This document shows, piece after piece, positions 19,221 to 30,365 of a DNA stretch of 46,900 nucleotides. The position numbers and the translations under genes were made by a program. The notes below the pieces were generated by a model. The model made no database searches. It was not told the DNA's origin and was given only the letters and a program-made list of their open reading frames with translations. Position 1 is the stretch's first letter. The number at the start of each line of letters is the position of its first letter. Source of the stretch: an uncultured virus (IMG/VR IMGVR_UViG_3300027861_004723) (Duplodnaviria; Heunggongvirae; Uroviricota; Caudoviricetes); the IMG/VR virus record IMGVR_UViG_3300027861_004723; one strand, given 5' to 3'.

Positions 19221-19526
19221 ATGACCACCATTTATTACAGCCCCGAAGACTACGGTTTGGAAGTAGTAGGACATCTGGAACAGCCGGATATGTCTTACGA
19301 GTTTCATATTCTCGGAGTCTGGAAAGACACGAAAACTGGTAGGATCTTTTGGGCAGAAGATAGTGGCTGTTCGTGCCCCATCCCTTTTGAGGATTTCCAT
19401 TTTCACAGTGCGGATGATACCAACCTAGACTCTGATATGGTAGCACTCCATGCGGAGATTTCTGATTTTCCTACAACGGAAAATGAGAAAGAGATGCTGT
19501 TGGGCTGGTTGGCAGAAAAGGGTTAG
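19221..19526 (+). CDS. Phage hypothetical protein (SYEF...DSGCSCP motif)
   Basis: Motif recalled from many phage hypotheticals. Confidence 0.75.
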   Translation: MTTIYYSPEDYGLEVVGHLEQPDMSYEFHILGVWKDTKTGRIFWAEDSGCSCPIPFEDFHFHSADDTNLDSDMVALHAEISDFPTTENEKEMLLGWLAEKG

Positions 19527-20539
19527 ATGAAATGCTGTTCTTACTGGCTAATACGGTCTGGTTGCTGCATAATCAATTTGTGGCTACGTTGCCGAGCTAG
19601 CACAGAGCGTGCTCACTATATTTTCTCCCCCAAAGCAGGGCGGTTCCAACTCTGGTTTAGTTTCGCTCCCGAGAATCCTAAAAAAGATAGCCGAAGAAAA
19701 CTACGTTTGATTGCGTGATAGGCCATGACCCTTGACAGGAACCACGCTCTAGGTTACGATCTACAGCAGACAAGGGGAGGGCATTATGCCTCGCATTGAT
19801 TTCAGCTTCCGTGGACACGTCAATGGTGCTCTGGTGACAGAGGCTACTGACGAGAGCGGTAACATTGTAGATGTCAGCAAGATGTCTCCTACCCTGCTCA
19901 CGCTAAAGCTGAATAGTGGTGCTCTGTTTATCTCTCTGGGGGACCACCTTTACGAGAGTGACGATGCCGAGATTTGTCTGGAGGATTTCCAGGCTCCCTA
20001 CTCCAGAGTTCCCTTTTGCCCAGATAGCGCGTAGCATGGAAAAAACTGTTACTGTTGTCTCCAGCCCGCATGACATTGATACTGGTCTTCCCTGGGCCTA
20101 TAAGGAAGGCGCTTTTTGTGCCTGGGTCTGGGAGGTTTTTATAGGGGATCTAAACCGAGAATCACTTTGATCGAAGTACTAATCGTGGGCTGTACCATTT
20201 TTATCATTGCGGCTATTGCTATTGCGGGAGCGGCTGGATAACACTTGACAGGAATTGTGCTGTAGAGTAGAATCCCTGCATGACAATCAAGAAATGTGAA
20301 AGATGTGATGTAGAGGAGTCAGAGGACGAGGTGATTGCGCCTCTCAATGATCCCCGCAGCTACCTCAACGGCACTAACCTCTGTAGCTTTTGCCATCAAG
20401 AGCACTATGAGGATATGCAACACGCTCTCGACTGTGAAGATACCGACCGCAGGCACCGAGAAGCGCAGATTCGGGAATCGGTAGGTTTTAAGCCTGGTTG
20501 TGATTACAAAAGACTGTAAGCGAAAGCGCAGGAGTTGGT

Positions 20540-20959
20540 ATGGGAAACTGCCCATCGGTTGACGTTTTTTACGGATTTGCTACGCAAGACGCTAGCTTGA
20601 TTCCTGATAAGGATGATGACTCCTACGAGCCGATCTTCGATCATTACGAGTGGCAAGAGGAGTTTTACAAGCGGATTGGTAAGCCCTATCCTGGCTGGAC
20701 TGTAAAACCTCAGCCCGAAATTGCAGAAGCCGGTTGTATCATTGATACTCACGGCTATTGCGATGAGCCAGGACTCTTTTTGGGGATCATTGGTTCCCAC
20801 TTGCACAGTGATTGGGATTCTATCAAAGTTGTAGATCCTTCGCACTTTCTATCGGGGATGCATCCGAATCATTGGGACCAAAAGCTGCAACAGTTTTGTG
20901 AGCTAATGGGAATCAACTTTCAAAAGCCACAATGGCTGATGGTCTGTAGTTATGGATAG
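20540..20959 (+). CDS. Hypothetical protein
   Basis: AGGAG SD. Confidence 0.75.
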   Translation: MGNCPSVDVFYGFATQDASLIPDKDDDSYEPIFDHYEWQEEFYKRIGKPYPGWTVKPQPEIAEAGCIIDTHGYCDEPGLFLGIIGSHLHSDWDSIKVVDPSHFLSGMHPNHWDQKLQQFCELMGINFQKPQWLMVCSYG

Positions 20960-21185
20960 GTTGCCCCAGGAATGGCTTGTTCCGGGTCTAAAAGTCAGAG
21001 TAAACTACGGCGCAGGCAATCGTAACAATGAGTTGCTTCATATCAGGGGTATTGTTGGCGGTCTATTCGTTACCCGGCGATGGATAAAACACAAAAGACG
21101 CTGGGCCTACGAGTGTAAAACTCTTGCCCACTTTGCGCTGTTGCATGACGAAGGATGTTTGGAGAAGGCATGAAGGAGTTGAAAC

Positions 21186-21548
21186 ATGAGTGATCCTACC
21201 CGTCGCTATATCAAGAAAAAGATCATTCGAGCTTTTAAGCGCACCATTTGCAAAGAGATGGGTAAGACTGGATCTTCGCTTATTGCTATCCAGACCTTGC
21301 CCCTTTGTATGGAGATTGGTATGGCTCTGGGGGAAGACCCTGTAGAGTTTGCTAGGGAAACAGGCTTTAGAAATGTGGTGGAACGAAACGCAGGCCAAGT
21401 CATCTTCGATCTTCGCTTTGATAAAAGTATTGGCACGGATAAGGTGCTAGGTATTCTCAGAAACCTGGCTGAGACGAACGGGGATGCAGAGATTACTCTT
21501 TCTGAGGAAATTGTTGCATATCTTGACGAGCAGGGCTCAAAGAACTAA
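21186..21548 (+). CDS. Hypothetical protein
   Basis: AAGGAG SD; 3' end runs through promoter 21523-21551. Confidence 0.75.
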   Translation: MSDPTRRYIKKKIIRAFKRTICKEMGKTGSSLIAIQTLPLCMEIGMALGEDPVEFARETGFRNVVERNAGQVIFDLRFDKSIGTDKVLGILRNLAETNGDAEITLSEEIVAYLDEQGSKN

Positions 21549-22269
21549 GATCAGCGCAGTAGGGGTCAAAGTGAAGAAGGTCTATATCAACTCTTATTAC
21601 CATTACCAGCTTCAACAGCATCCCGAAGATCCTAACAAGCTACTGTTCCTAGAGTTTGGAACAGGTGACCCTGACGATGAGGATTACGAATTATGTCCAG
21701 GCTTGGAGCAAAGGGCAGCGTTTAAGCCGCACGAGGGCAAAGTAATTGCGGAGTTTGTGGGCGGTGAGGAGGTAGAGTTTATCTCTGGCTCTTTTAAGTC
21801 CAAAATCACGGCTGATAAAGCTGATAAGCGTGTTCGCTGCGCTGACGATCTAAGCTACCATTTCGGAATCTTGCTGGAGGAGAATTAACATGCTTTTGGA
21901 AGCAGAGCGCGAACAGCTAATTGACTACGTGGCTCGTGAAAGAGCAGAAACGTGGGTCGTATCGGGGTCTGATATTGAGGCTGATATTGGGTGGTCTTCA
22001 GACAATGAAGATTTGTGGTATCACATCGCTCGTAAGACTGGTATCAGTGAGTGGGATTTCTCGCCACTAGACAACAGGACCGATGCCCAGCTTATTGATT
22101 ACTTTCTTTATCAGTATGATGTAGACCCTGCCGCCCACAAGATGGATGCCCTGGTAACAGGCTGGATTTTTCGTGGTGCCCTAGCACTCCTTAGTGCCCT
22201 AGCACCCATTGACAGTAACTAGATCGAAGGGTAGGATACAGCCATGAAGATCAAAAGAGGTTGTGAATA

Positions 22270-22650
22270 ATGGCTATCCCCGAAGACACCTTTACCAATA
22301 CAGTAGCGGGCGCTGCCGCTTATGAGGCTTATCGTTCCGGTGGTGGTCGTCGCTCCTATAGCGATGAGTGTGACTATTACGGCTATGATGGCTCCTGCGA
22401 TCCCGATTACGCCCAAAAGTTTCTCGACCCAATGGTTGAGAGGGCTATTACGGAGATACAAAACCTAGAAGATCAGATTTCTAAGTCTGGGCAAGACCCC
22501 CACCCTTGGACGAGAGAGCGTTACTGGCTTTCGATCTTTAACGAGGAGGGCGAGGATGCTCTCCAAGAGGAACTTGAGGAGTGGTTTAGGGATGAGGCAG
22601 AGGAGGAAGCCCAGGAGGAGGCTCGTGAGGAAGCCTACAACCAGCCCTGA
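22270..22650 (+). CDS. Acidic hypothetical protein preceded by a coupled leaderless 8-codon uORF (22244-22270)
   Basis: Promoter 22209-22237; MKIKRGCE* overlaps the ATG (TAATG). Confidence 0.7.
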   Translation: MAIPEDTFTNTVAGAAAYEAYRSGGGRRSYSDECDYYGYDGSCDPDYAQKFLDPMVERAITEIQNLEDQISKSGQDPHPWTRERYWLSIFNEEGEDALQEELEEWFRDEAEEEAQEEAREEAYNQP

Positions 22651-22899
22651 TGTAGTGATTTTTGCTGCCCGTGTGGTGGCTAAAGGAAACTGTTATGGCT
22701 ACTAATGAATCCGCTCTTGATAAGAGACGAAAGCTACGGGCCACGGAACAAGCCCTGGTCTTTGATGCAGCTATCAAGCTGCTAACAGCTTTTGGGTGGC
22801 GCAAACCCCGTCTTTCCCTCGAAGATGCAGTAAAACTTGCCAGAGATACCTTGACTGAGGTTAAAAGACAAAACAACGGTCAACCGGAAGGAGAATAAA

Positions 22900-23289
22900 A
22901 TGGGAACTCGATCTACTACAGTTGTTTTTGATGGTGACCATCCTATTCTGGCTATTTATCGCCAGATGGATGGTTACTGGAGCGGTCATGGGGCTGACCT
23001 AAAAGCGTTTTTGGCTCCTGTTACCCTTATCAATGGTATTAGCGGGCAGCAAGCTGGTGCTCACGCTAATGGTATGGGCTGTCTTGCAGCGCAGCTTGTT
23101 GCTAACCTGAAAACTGGAATTGGTAGTATCTATCTCACTACCCCAGACGATAAGCAAGGTTACCACTATGAAATCCGACAGGGCAGTAATGGTAGTATCA
23201 ACTTGAAGGCTTTCGTTTACGATACCTTGGGGTATGAGGGGCCAATTTCTGAGTTTGATCCGAACAAAGAGCCAGAGGATGAGGAGTAG
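22900..23289 (+). CDS. Conserved phage protein (MGTRS...YRQxDGY family)
   Basis: AAGGAG SD; characteristic N-terminal motif (recall). Confidence 0.8.
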   Translation: MGTRSTTVVFDGDHPILAIYRQMDGYWSGHGADLKAFLAPVTLINGISGQQAGAHANGMGCLAAQLVANLKTGIGSIYLTTPDDKQGYHYEIRQGSNGSINLKAFVYDTLGYEGPISEFDPNKEPEDEE

Positions 23290-24187
23290 TCCCTGATGAA
23301 CGTCACCGACTACACGCACAAGTTCGACTACATGGCTGGCGTAGTCGAGAGAACCCCGCTAGAGATGCTGCAATGTATTGCGGCTCGCGGGGAACCGGCT
23401 GCGCTGGAGTTGCTGCAAACCATCCCACATCACGCTGGGGAAATACGCGGTACCAAGATGGAAGTCGGTACAATGAACGCGCACATCACAGCCACCATTA
23501 CCCGCATCATGGTCGCGGAAGATATTGAAATAAGTTTCAGTCTTTAATAGCTATAGCCACCCCTTGACAGCAATCCTGAAAAGTTTAAGATACCTGCATG
23601 ACAATACGTTACCGGGCCGGTGGCGAACCCGTACGCCTGGCTCACCAAAAGTGGAAAAAAGAAGCGGCTGAATTGCGGCATCCTGTTGTTGCCTTTGTCG
23701 CTGGATGGAACGCTGCAATGGCTCAAGCAAAGGCATCATCATCGCAAGCAACTTGTCGCTGCGCTAACCGTAATTGCAGGGACGCGGTTTCTAGCCCTGG
23801 TCTTTGTGATGTCTGCCATCGTATTCAAGCTGAAACTGTAGCGAAGGCCCGCGATCAGCACGCAGTACGCTCCGCCCCTTGACAGGGAGACAACTTTCTA
23901 GTAAAATTAGGGTAGTCTCAAAGGAGGTCTGATGAATACTACAACCGTTTACGCACAAAACACAAACGGACGGTGGGAGCAAGCGAACCCCATTCACGAC
24001 TATAATGACAAGTCCATTGTTGTTATTGAGCGCCCAAACGGCGATAAGGTTTTTGATTTTGACGGTTGCAAGATGGCTACCACTGATGAATTGAGTGCCT
24101 TTTTCCGCCACCTTGGTATCCAGATTGGTCGCAAGCGCAGCAATCGTGTTTACCCGAGTATTCCAACACCAAAAAACTAATACAAAA

Positions 24188-24306
24188 AGAATGGTGAGGT
24201 AATTTAGCAACCCTACTGGCGATCTGCTCTGCAAAGTAGTGAACTGGTGAGTTTTGATGATTGCAGCATTATCAAACTGTTGCGGGTGCAAGTCCCGTCC
24301 ATTCTC
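24188..24306 (+). ncRNA. Enlarged tRNA-Cys-like RNA (119 nt), double-length anticodon arm and ~11-bp variable arm
   Basis: Acceptor AGAATGG/CCATTCT, D GGT/ACC, loop CTGCAA(A), T arm GCGGG-TGCAAGT-CCCGT. Confidence 0.7.
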
Positions 24307-24859
24307 ATACACTTACAGAAATTCAAACGATGAAGTTTTTCTTTAGCGCCCCGTGGTGGTACATTGTTTTTGCACCGCTCTTTTGGGCTGTATTTGCCCC
24401 ATTCTTGAGCCTTTGCATTGTGCTGTGGCCCAAGCTATCATTAAGCTGGGTCGAGCGTAAAGAGCTTGTTGCAACGCTCTGGTGGATTCCTACTATTGTG
24501 CTGCTGGCTACTAGGTAGCCGATTATCTGCCTCTAAGCTAGGGTATCTTGACAGCTATCCTGAGCCGTGTTACCTTATGGGCAGTGAAGGGAACGGCATG
24601 ACCGAGAAACGCACTGTCAGGAGGCTGGCAAAGACAATTCGCTCTGAGACGGGAGTGCCACTGGCCCATGCCAACATTATCGCCCGATTCGTCTGGGCGT
24701 GGGACTACTGGTCCTTAAAAGAGCATGATGTGGTCGGAAAACACTGCACAGTGTCCCGTAGCAGTTGTACTTGCTGCGGAATGACGGAGCTTACTGTTAG
24801 TGGCCCCAGAGGCACTTTCTATAAACCATAGAGGAAAACAGAAAAAATACAAAATACAC

Positions 24860-25001
24860 GATTGGATAGCTTAGTTGGCAGAGCGTCGAGACGTGCTCTA
24901 TCATGCGGAGAAAAGGTTGATGCGGCCACCACGCCATAGATACCAAATCTACAAAGATAGTAATAAATCTCGGAGGTAGGGTTCAAATCCCGTTCCAATC
25001 A
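24860..25001 (+). ncRNA. tRNA-scaffold RNA (142 nt), anticodon loop replaced by a ~77-nt domain
   Basis: Acceptor GATTGGA/TCCAATC, TAGCTTAGTTGGCAGAGC D arm, stem TCGAGA/TCTCGG, GGGTTCAAATCCC T arm. Confidence 0.75.
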
Positions 25002-25023
25002 CCTACACCTTGGAGTAATCTCG

Positions 25024-25230
25024 TTAAGCTGTTAGTGTTTTCAGCTTATCGTGTGCTCCCAGCAAATCCATAGCAAAGAAGGCCAGTGCTCCTGTAGCAA
25101 AGTAGAAAACCGGCTTAGGCGGGTAAAAATCAGTTACTTTGTAGGCATATTGCAGACCGAGCGCAGAGATTAGTGTTGCAGTACCGACTGCTGCTGTCCC
25201 GATAAGTGTGCTCTTAATGTTCATACCCAC
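25024..25230 (-). CDS. Small two-TM membrane protein on the opposite strand
   Basis: Two hydrophobic segments; fills the gap between + strand units. Confidence 0.65.
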   Translation of the reverse strand: MGMNIKSTLIGTAAVGTATLISALGLQYAYKVTDFYPPKPVFYFATGALAFFAMDLLGAHDKLKTLTA

Positions 25231-25773
25231 AGTCTATCAAATAATCCTTACTTTGGTCTAACCTTTCTTGGCACCCCTTGACAGCAGATACGGCATACAG
25301 TAGGATGCACTTGATTGACAACACGATCTGGAGCACACAGAATGTCTGATAAGCAAGATAAGCGGGAAGGGTTCGAGTTTGAGGCAATCGTTATTTTGCC
25401 TAAGAGCGCGAGCCCAGCTTTGAGAAAGACCTGTATTGATCTTTTTGATGCGATGGTGGTTTTTGCGCGTAACCCGTCAGAGTTCAACTTTGCGCTGCTA
25501 CGCGATCTGGAATATGCTTATCGGAATGGGATTGACGAGGCGCACAAGGCGCTCTTTCAAGATACCGCTGAATCCATGCCCGACCAAAATCTGCGTGGAC
25601 CATCGGATAGTGATACTCCTGCGTGGGAAAAGGAATTGAGCTTTCCCCCAAACCAAGCAGAGTTTGTCGGGTGCTGCCAGGCAAAGGGCTGTATTAGCCC
25701 CCCAATGTCAAGTGATTATTGCTGGTGCTTCCGGCATCTACCTACCACCCCCGATACTCGCAAGTAGAAACCA

Positions 25774-26331
25774 ATGTCTGATACCAGACTCAGACAACTT
25801 GAGCGCCTAGCGGCGCTTGGCGATCCGCAAGCCGAAGCTGCCTTTGTGCGGCTTTGGGAGCGTTGTGGTAAGCCAGAAAACTTCCTCGCAAGCAAGATTG
25901 CTTGGGACTCTGTGGTGGGTGGTATAAAGCCACCTACTGTTGAGAGGACACGGCAGATTCTTAATGTTCTCTGGTATCGTATCAGGGATGATAATCCTCT
26001 TGCTACCGTAAGCGTTTTCAGTCGTGATATTCACCAACCCGGTAAAAAGCAAGCCCAGAGGCAAGCACGCAGACAGAAACGAGCTACTAAGAAACAGGCT
26101 AGTAGTAACAGAGCTAGCAATCTTAATTTTGCCCATGCCCGCGAACAGCGCAAGGGTCTAGGGATAGGGTTAGGTGGGTGGAGCTATAGTGAGTGGAAGC
26201 TGGGTAGATGTGCTGACTGTAATGAACTAGCTAATGTTCGTCGTAGTTGGAAACGTATGCAGCTTAATTGCAGAGATTGTTTTCAAAAACCCAGGAAAAA
26301 ACGCAAGAAAACCAAAACGAGTAAAGCATGA
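25774..26331 (+). CDS. Basic hypothetical protein, N-terminal MSDTRLRQLERLAALGDP motif, C-terminal CxxC pairs
   Basis: 185-aa ORF. Confidence 0.75.
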   Translation: MSDTRLRQLERLAALGDPQAEAAFVRLWERCGKPENFLASKIAWDSVVGGIKPPTVERTRQILNVLWYRIRDDNPLATVSVFSRDIHQPGKKQAQRQARRQKRATKKQASSNRASNLNFAHAREQRKGLGIGLGGWSYSEWKLGRCADCNELANVRRSWKRMQLNCRDCFQKPRKKRKKTKTSKA

Positions 26332-28572
26332 ACAGACTTACTGAGGATGAAATCGCAGAACATCACGCCACGTTGCGGATTGCGTGCGACCCTGATTCTC
26401 CTTTTCACGGCATGATTGATTTTAGTGACGGTTTACTGGCTTTGCCAGTTTCTCAGCAACACCAAATCTATAATGCTATGCCTGATGATCTGCGTAATAT
26501 GGTCGAAGGAAAGGGAAACTAAAAGGCTTCCCTTGACAGAAACAGCACGATGCTGTAAAATGAAAGTATGACTGAACAACGCAAAGACCTAGAAGACTCT
26601 GCTAATGCTCTCCGCTCTCGGTTAAACCAAATGGAAGGAAAGAGGGATCTTTCCGACCTAGAACGCCCTATTCACGAGGTTGGAGTGCTTGCTGTACGCG
26701 CCGAACTTACCAAGGTTGGCAGGAAGCTCGACCGCTTAGACCGCAGACACGGCTAGTAAACACTACACGAACACTACTCGAAAGAGAGGACAATATGAAG
26801 TTGTCTTGCTCCAAAGACCCTTCCCATAAAAAGTTTTCCGCGCAGGTCCACGAGGTTCGTGGCTGGATCGTAGACGAAAACGGCGATTGGGAGCGCAATG
26901 ACGACCAGGGCTGTCAGATGGTAGCCTCTGGACCGGATTTCTATAGTAGCGTCTGCATGGTCGAAGGCTGTGATGGGGAAACCGAGATTTCCGATGACGA
27001 TGACTGACTACTTGGAAGCTGTATGACAAGATCAAAACAATTTATGGAAAGCCTCAACAACCATCCCAGCATTGTGGAATCACTTTCTGGATTGGAGTTG
27101 CTTGACGGAGTTAGCATAGAAGCGACCCGACCGCTTAACAAGGGAATTGCATTCAAGCTATCTACAGGACAAGTAATCATCTTGAGGGTTTTCCTGGGGG
27201 AAAGCTGGGACAAGTTCGACCGTCATATGACCAAGATGCAAGAAATAAAGGACAGGCATAAGAAAGCATGAAATTCAAAACTCGTATCAGGCGTGATATT
27301 GAGAGTATTGACGCGGAAATGGTCTTGATGCTAGCATCGGACTGGGCTCCTAAAATCAAAAGTGCGGTAATATCAGGGCTCGAAGCTCAAAGATCAAAGC
27401 TGCTTGTGCATTTGATGGTTCACCAAAGGGCTGACGACGTTGAAGCATACCTAGACAGTAATCGTAACTAGGGTATGATCGAGTTGGGCGCTGATTGGAG
27501 TGATCCAGAGTTTGTAGCGATTAACGGCCCAAAGGGATGCGATTGTTCCGGCTGTGATTATTGCTCCGTGCATTGCGTTCCTGATTGTGCGAGCAATCAG
27601 GGCATGACGTGCGATGACGTTATCGAATAAAGAGGTAATCTGGTATGACCCCTTTTCAAGTTAGGGACGTTTCCCTGCCCGGTAATCCGGTTGGGGATGT
27701 TATCAGCATTGACTGGAAAACCGGGCTGATGGTTGTTCGTTATGAGCAGCATGGAACGCACCACAATGTTGATGTAAATTCGATCTTCATTGATATTATC
27801 CCCGCAACAGAGGCGGCTGATGAACCTTGATGAATACATCAAAGAACATGGTATCAAGGGGATCAGCACTCTAGTTAAAGAGCTTATACTAAAAGCACCC
27901 GAGTTTGGGGGGGATAAGGATTTAGCTAAAAAACTAGCTCTTGTGGTTACGGACCTTGAGTATGCTCTGGTGGTCTATAAAAACAAATCTGACAGTAATC
28001 AGAGGGCTGCTGGAGATGAGTGTCGTTGGGATGGATAAAGAGCACGAACATAAATGGTCTGAATGGGCACCAATGCGAAACATTGGAGTCCCTCCCTATA
28101 CCCCGGTTACTGGAGCAAAGTGTCGCTATTGTCGGATTTGTGATGAAACCGAAATTGAGGGAACGCCTGTAGAGCTACCTTGGGGTTATGCTCCCAAGCC
28201 TTTGTGGCTGGTAGCACTTGAGTTGGCTCTTGTAGGGCTTTTGGTCTATTACGTGTTTGCATGATTAAGAAGCAGGAGCTTAAAACAGCAGCTTTTCTAG
28301 TAGTGGCTGTCTTGCTGATTCTCCTGCCACTAATGTTTCGTTCTCCCTTTATGGATTTGCCTTACATACCGGACGCTCTGGAGATGGTTGAGCTAGCTAG
28401 TTATCCCGAATATCGGTGGGGGGTTGTACGCTGGGCTATTAGTACACAAACAGGGTTCTTAGTCATTGTTTGGATGCTTTTACAGTTGGTTGTTATGAGG
28501 AATAAGAATCGGGAGTCTTGACAGGAACCGGGCAGAGGAGTAAAATCGAGACAACACGAAGGGACGTAAAAC

Positions 28573-28791
28573 ATGGATCGCTGCGACGATTATCCGTGCT
28601 GTGGGCACGGACCTGCACCGCACGGGGATAATGGCGGCTGTCCTGACAGCGAGGGCCGTTTTAAGTGCGTTGAGTGTGGCCTCAAACTGCGTCGAGGTGC
28701 TTCCTCCGCTCTTTGCGGGGCCTGCCGACATAGTGGTTGCTGCCTGAGTTGCGGCCAGAACTTTCTGGACTGCTTCTGCGAGGATTACTAA
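28573..28791 (+). CDS. Cys-rich small protein (CDDYPCCGH)
   Basis: Promoter 28518-28546, SD; multiple CxxC. Confidence 0.75.
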   Translation: MDRCDDYPCCGHGPAPHGDNGGCPDSEGRFKCVECGLKLRRGASSALCGACRHSGCCLSCGQNFLDCFCEDY

Positions 28792-28927
28792 TGCTGGTAG
28801 ATCAAGCCGTGTACCTGATAACAACTTTTCCTGCTGAAACCTGTACTCTAGTAATAGTTCTTGTTGGGGGTTATATGGCGCGGATTATAGGAGCACTGGA
28901 TGACTTGGGTGATTTGGGAGGTAGTAG

Positions 28928-29344
28928 GTGACAACCTCAACACTGGAAACAATTATTCATAAGCTAGCTCGTGATCTTCCGATTGCTTATGTCAATTTGG
29001 TAGCTGCTGCCTGTGGAGAACCTTTTGATCCAGAGGATGAAATACCTGATATTGAGGTATCCGTAGAATTTACGCCTGGATGGTTTACTCCTGGGCGTTT
29101 GTCTGGGCCACCAGAAAACTGCTACCCTGATGAGGGGGAATCCCCGGAAATTATCAAGGTTACTATCCTTGAGGGCGATCACGACATTACTGCTGATTGC
29201 ACCCCGGAAGAAATTCAAAGGCTGGAAGATGAAGCCTGGGAAAGCCAGCAAGAATCAGACGATGATTATTATCCCGATGATCGGGATGACTATCAGGATG
29301 ATGACTATCAGGAACAGGATTATGATTGTTATGGGCCGTGTTAG
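28928..29344 (+). CDS. Highly acidic protein (GPPENCYPDE motif)
   Basis: GGAGG SD, GTG start. Confidence 0.75.
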   Translation: MTTSTLETIIHKLARDLPIAYVNLVAAACGEPFDPEDEIPDIEVSVEFTPGWFTPGRLSGPPENCYPDEGESPEIIKVTILEGDHDITADCTPEEIQRLEDEAWESQQESDDDYYPDDRDDYQDDDYQEQDYDCYGPC

Positions 29345-29397
29345 CCCTATATCTTGACAGATCCGAGGTAAAAGATATAATTCTGAAAACAAAACAT

Positions 29398-29431
29398 GCC
29401 GCGTGAGGTCTTAGGACTGATCGTGGCTCCA
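29398..29431 (+). ncRNA. Minihelix ending in UCCA
   Basis: GCCGCG/CGTGGC + TCCA with inner GGTC/GACT hairpin; first unit after promoter 29354-29381. Confidence 0.4.
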
Positions 29432-29436
29432 AACAT

Positions 29437-29625
29437 GGGAATCTAGCTCAAGAGAGAGGTACCATCTCAGCGGTAGACAAAACCCCTAAAGCTACGGGGC
29501 TAGTCGTGTAAAGGCCCTCGCAACCCTTCCCGGTACAAGGAAAATAGGTTGCGTATTAGCCAATACAGCCGAAGCAGAGCAACCGGGTAACCGGAAGGCT
29601 CCGGGTGCAAATCCTGGGGTTCCCT
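29437..29625 (+). ncRNA. tRNA-scaffold RNA (189 nt): ~125-nt domain in the D loop, GTAA tetraloop instead of an anticodon loop
   Basis: Acceptor GGGAATC/GGTTCCC, TA-GCTC...GAGC D stem, CCGG-GTAA-CCGG, T arm CCGGG-TGCAAAT-CCTGG. Confidence 0.8.
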
Positions 29626-29633
29626 TCCTACAT

Positions 29634-29717
29634 GCGAGGCCAGAAGATAATCAGAACCTAATGGGCAACAGTTTACTGTTCGCAGCGGTTTATCTTTTGG
29701 GAGTACTCCTCGCGCCA
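29634..29717 (+). ncRNA. Structured RNA ending in GCCA
   Basis: GCGAGG/CCTCGC + GCCA enclosing the CCAGAAGATAA/TTATCTTTTGG stem. Confidence 0.5.
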
Positions 29718-29744
29718 TACAAACAATGAAGCGGGAGGTGCTTT

Positions 29745-30077
29745 ATGACACTTAAAGAAGGTGCTGTTACTGCGGGAGCGGGCGCTTTAATTCTTGTAGT
29801 CCTCTTTTTTATGGCTTTTGGTATTAAGGGCTGTGCTGGGCAAAGCGGATTCTTTAGTAGATGGACGGGGGTTGCTGTTAAGTTGCCTGTCCCAGAAGAC
29901 TGCGTAAGGATTATCAACTTTAGCAAGACCGGGGAAACCAAACTGCTGAGTTATATCAATGACAAAGGCGAAGCGGTAATGCACGAATACAGCGATCATG
30001 GTGTGCTGGAAGCCACCTATAAGATTGATGGTGCTAGCTTCAATGCTGATTTGACGAGGCAACCGGCCAACAAATGA
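29745..30077 (+). CDS. Membrane-anchored or lipoprotein-like hypothetical protein
   Basis: GGAGG SD; hydrophobic N-terminus followed by KGC. Confidence 0.75.
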   Translation: MTLKEGAVTAGAGALILVVLFFMAFGIKGCAGQSGFFSRWTGVAVKLPVPEDCVRIINFSKTGETKLLSYINDKGEAVMHEYSDHGVLEATYKIDGASFNADLTRQPANK

Positions 30078-30365
30078 CTTACGCATGATTTCACACGATA
30101 TGGTACAAGCTGCGGAGGAACTAGCAAGAGACCTAAAGTTTGCTAAAGACTCCTGTTACAAGGTAACGGATTCCAGCTTGGAAAAGCCCTTGAAAATCCC
30201 CAGCAATGTTGCTAGAAAACTAGCCAAACCGTTTGGTAATCCCGGCATTTTGTATAGGTGCTCTGGATGTCCTGAGTGGCATATCAGAAACTCTGGGCTA
30301 CCAGATGGCGTAACTCGTCAAGGTTTTATTGCGTTGATGAAACTGATTAGAGCTTAGGAGGATTT

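Noticed and set aside
24261..24329. 5' extension of ORF 24261..24518
   Set aside because: Overlaps the tRNA-Cys-like RNA; the real start is more likely the ATG at 24330
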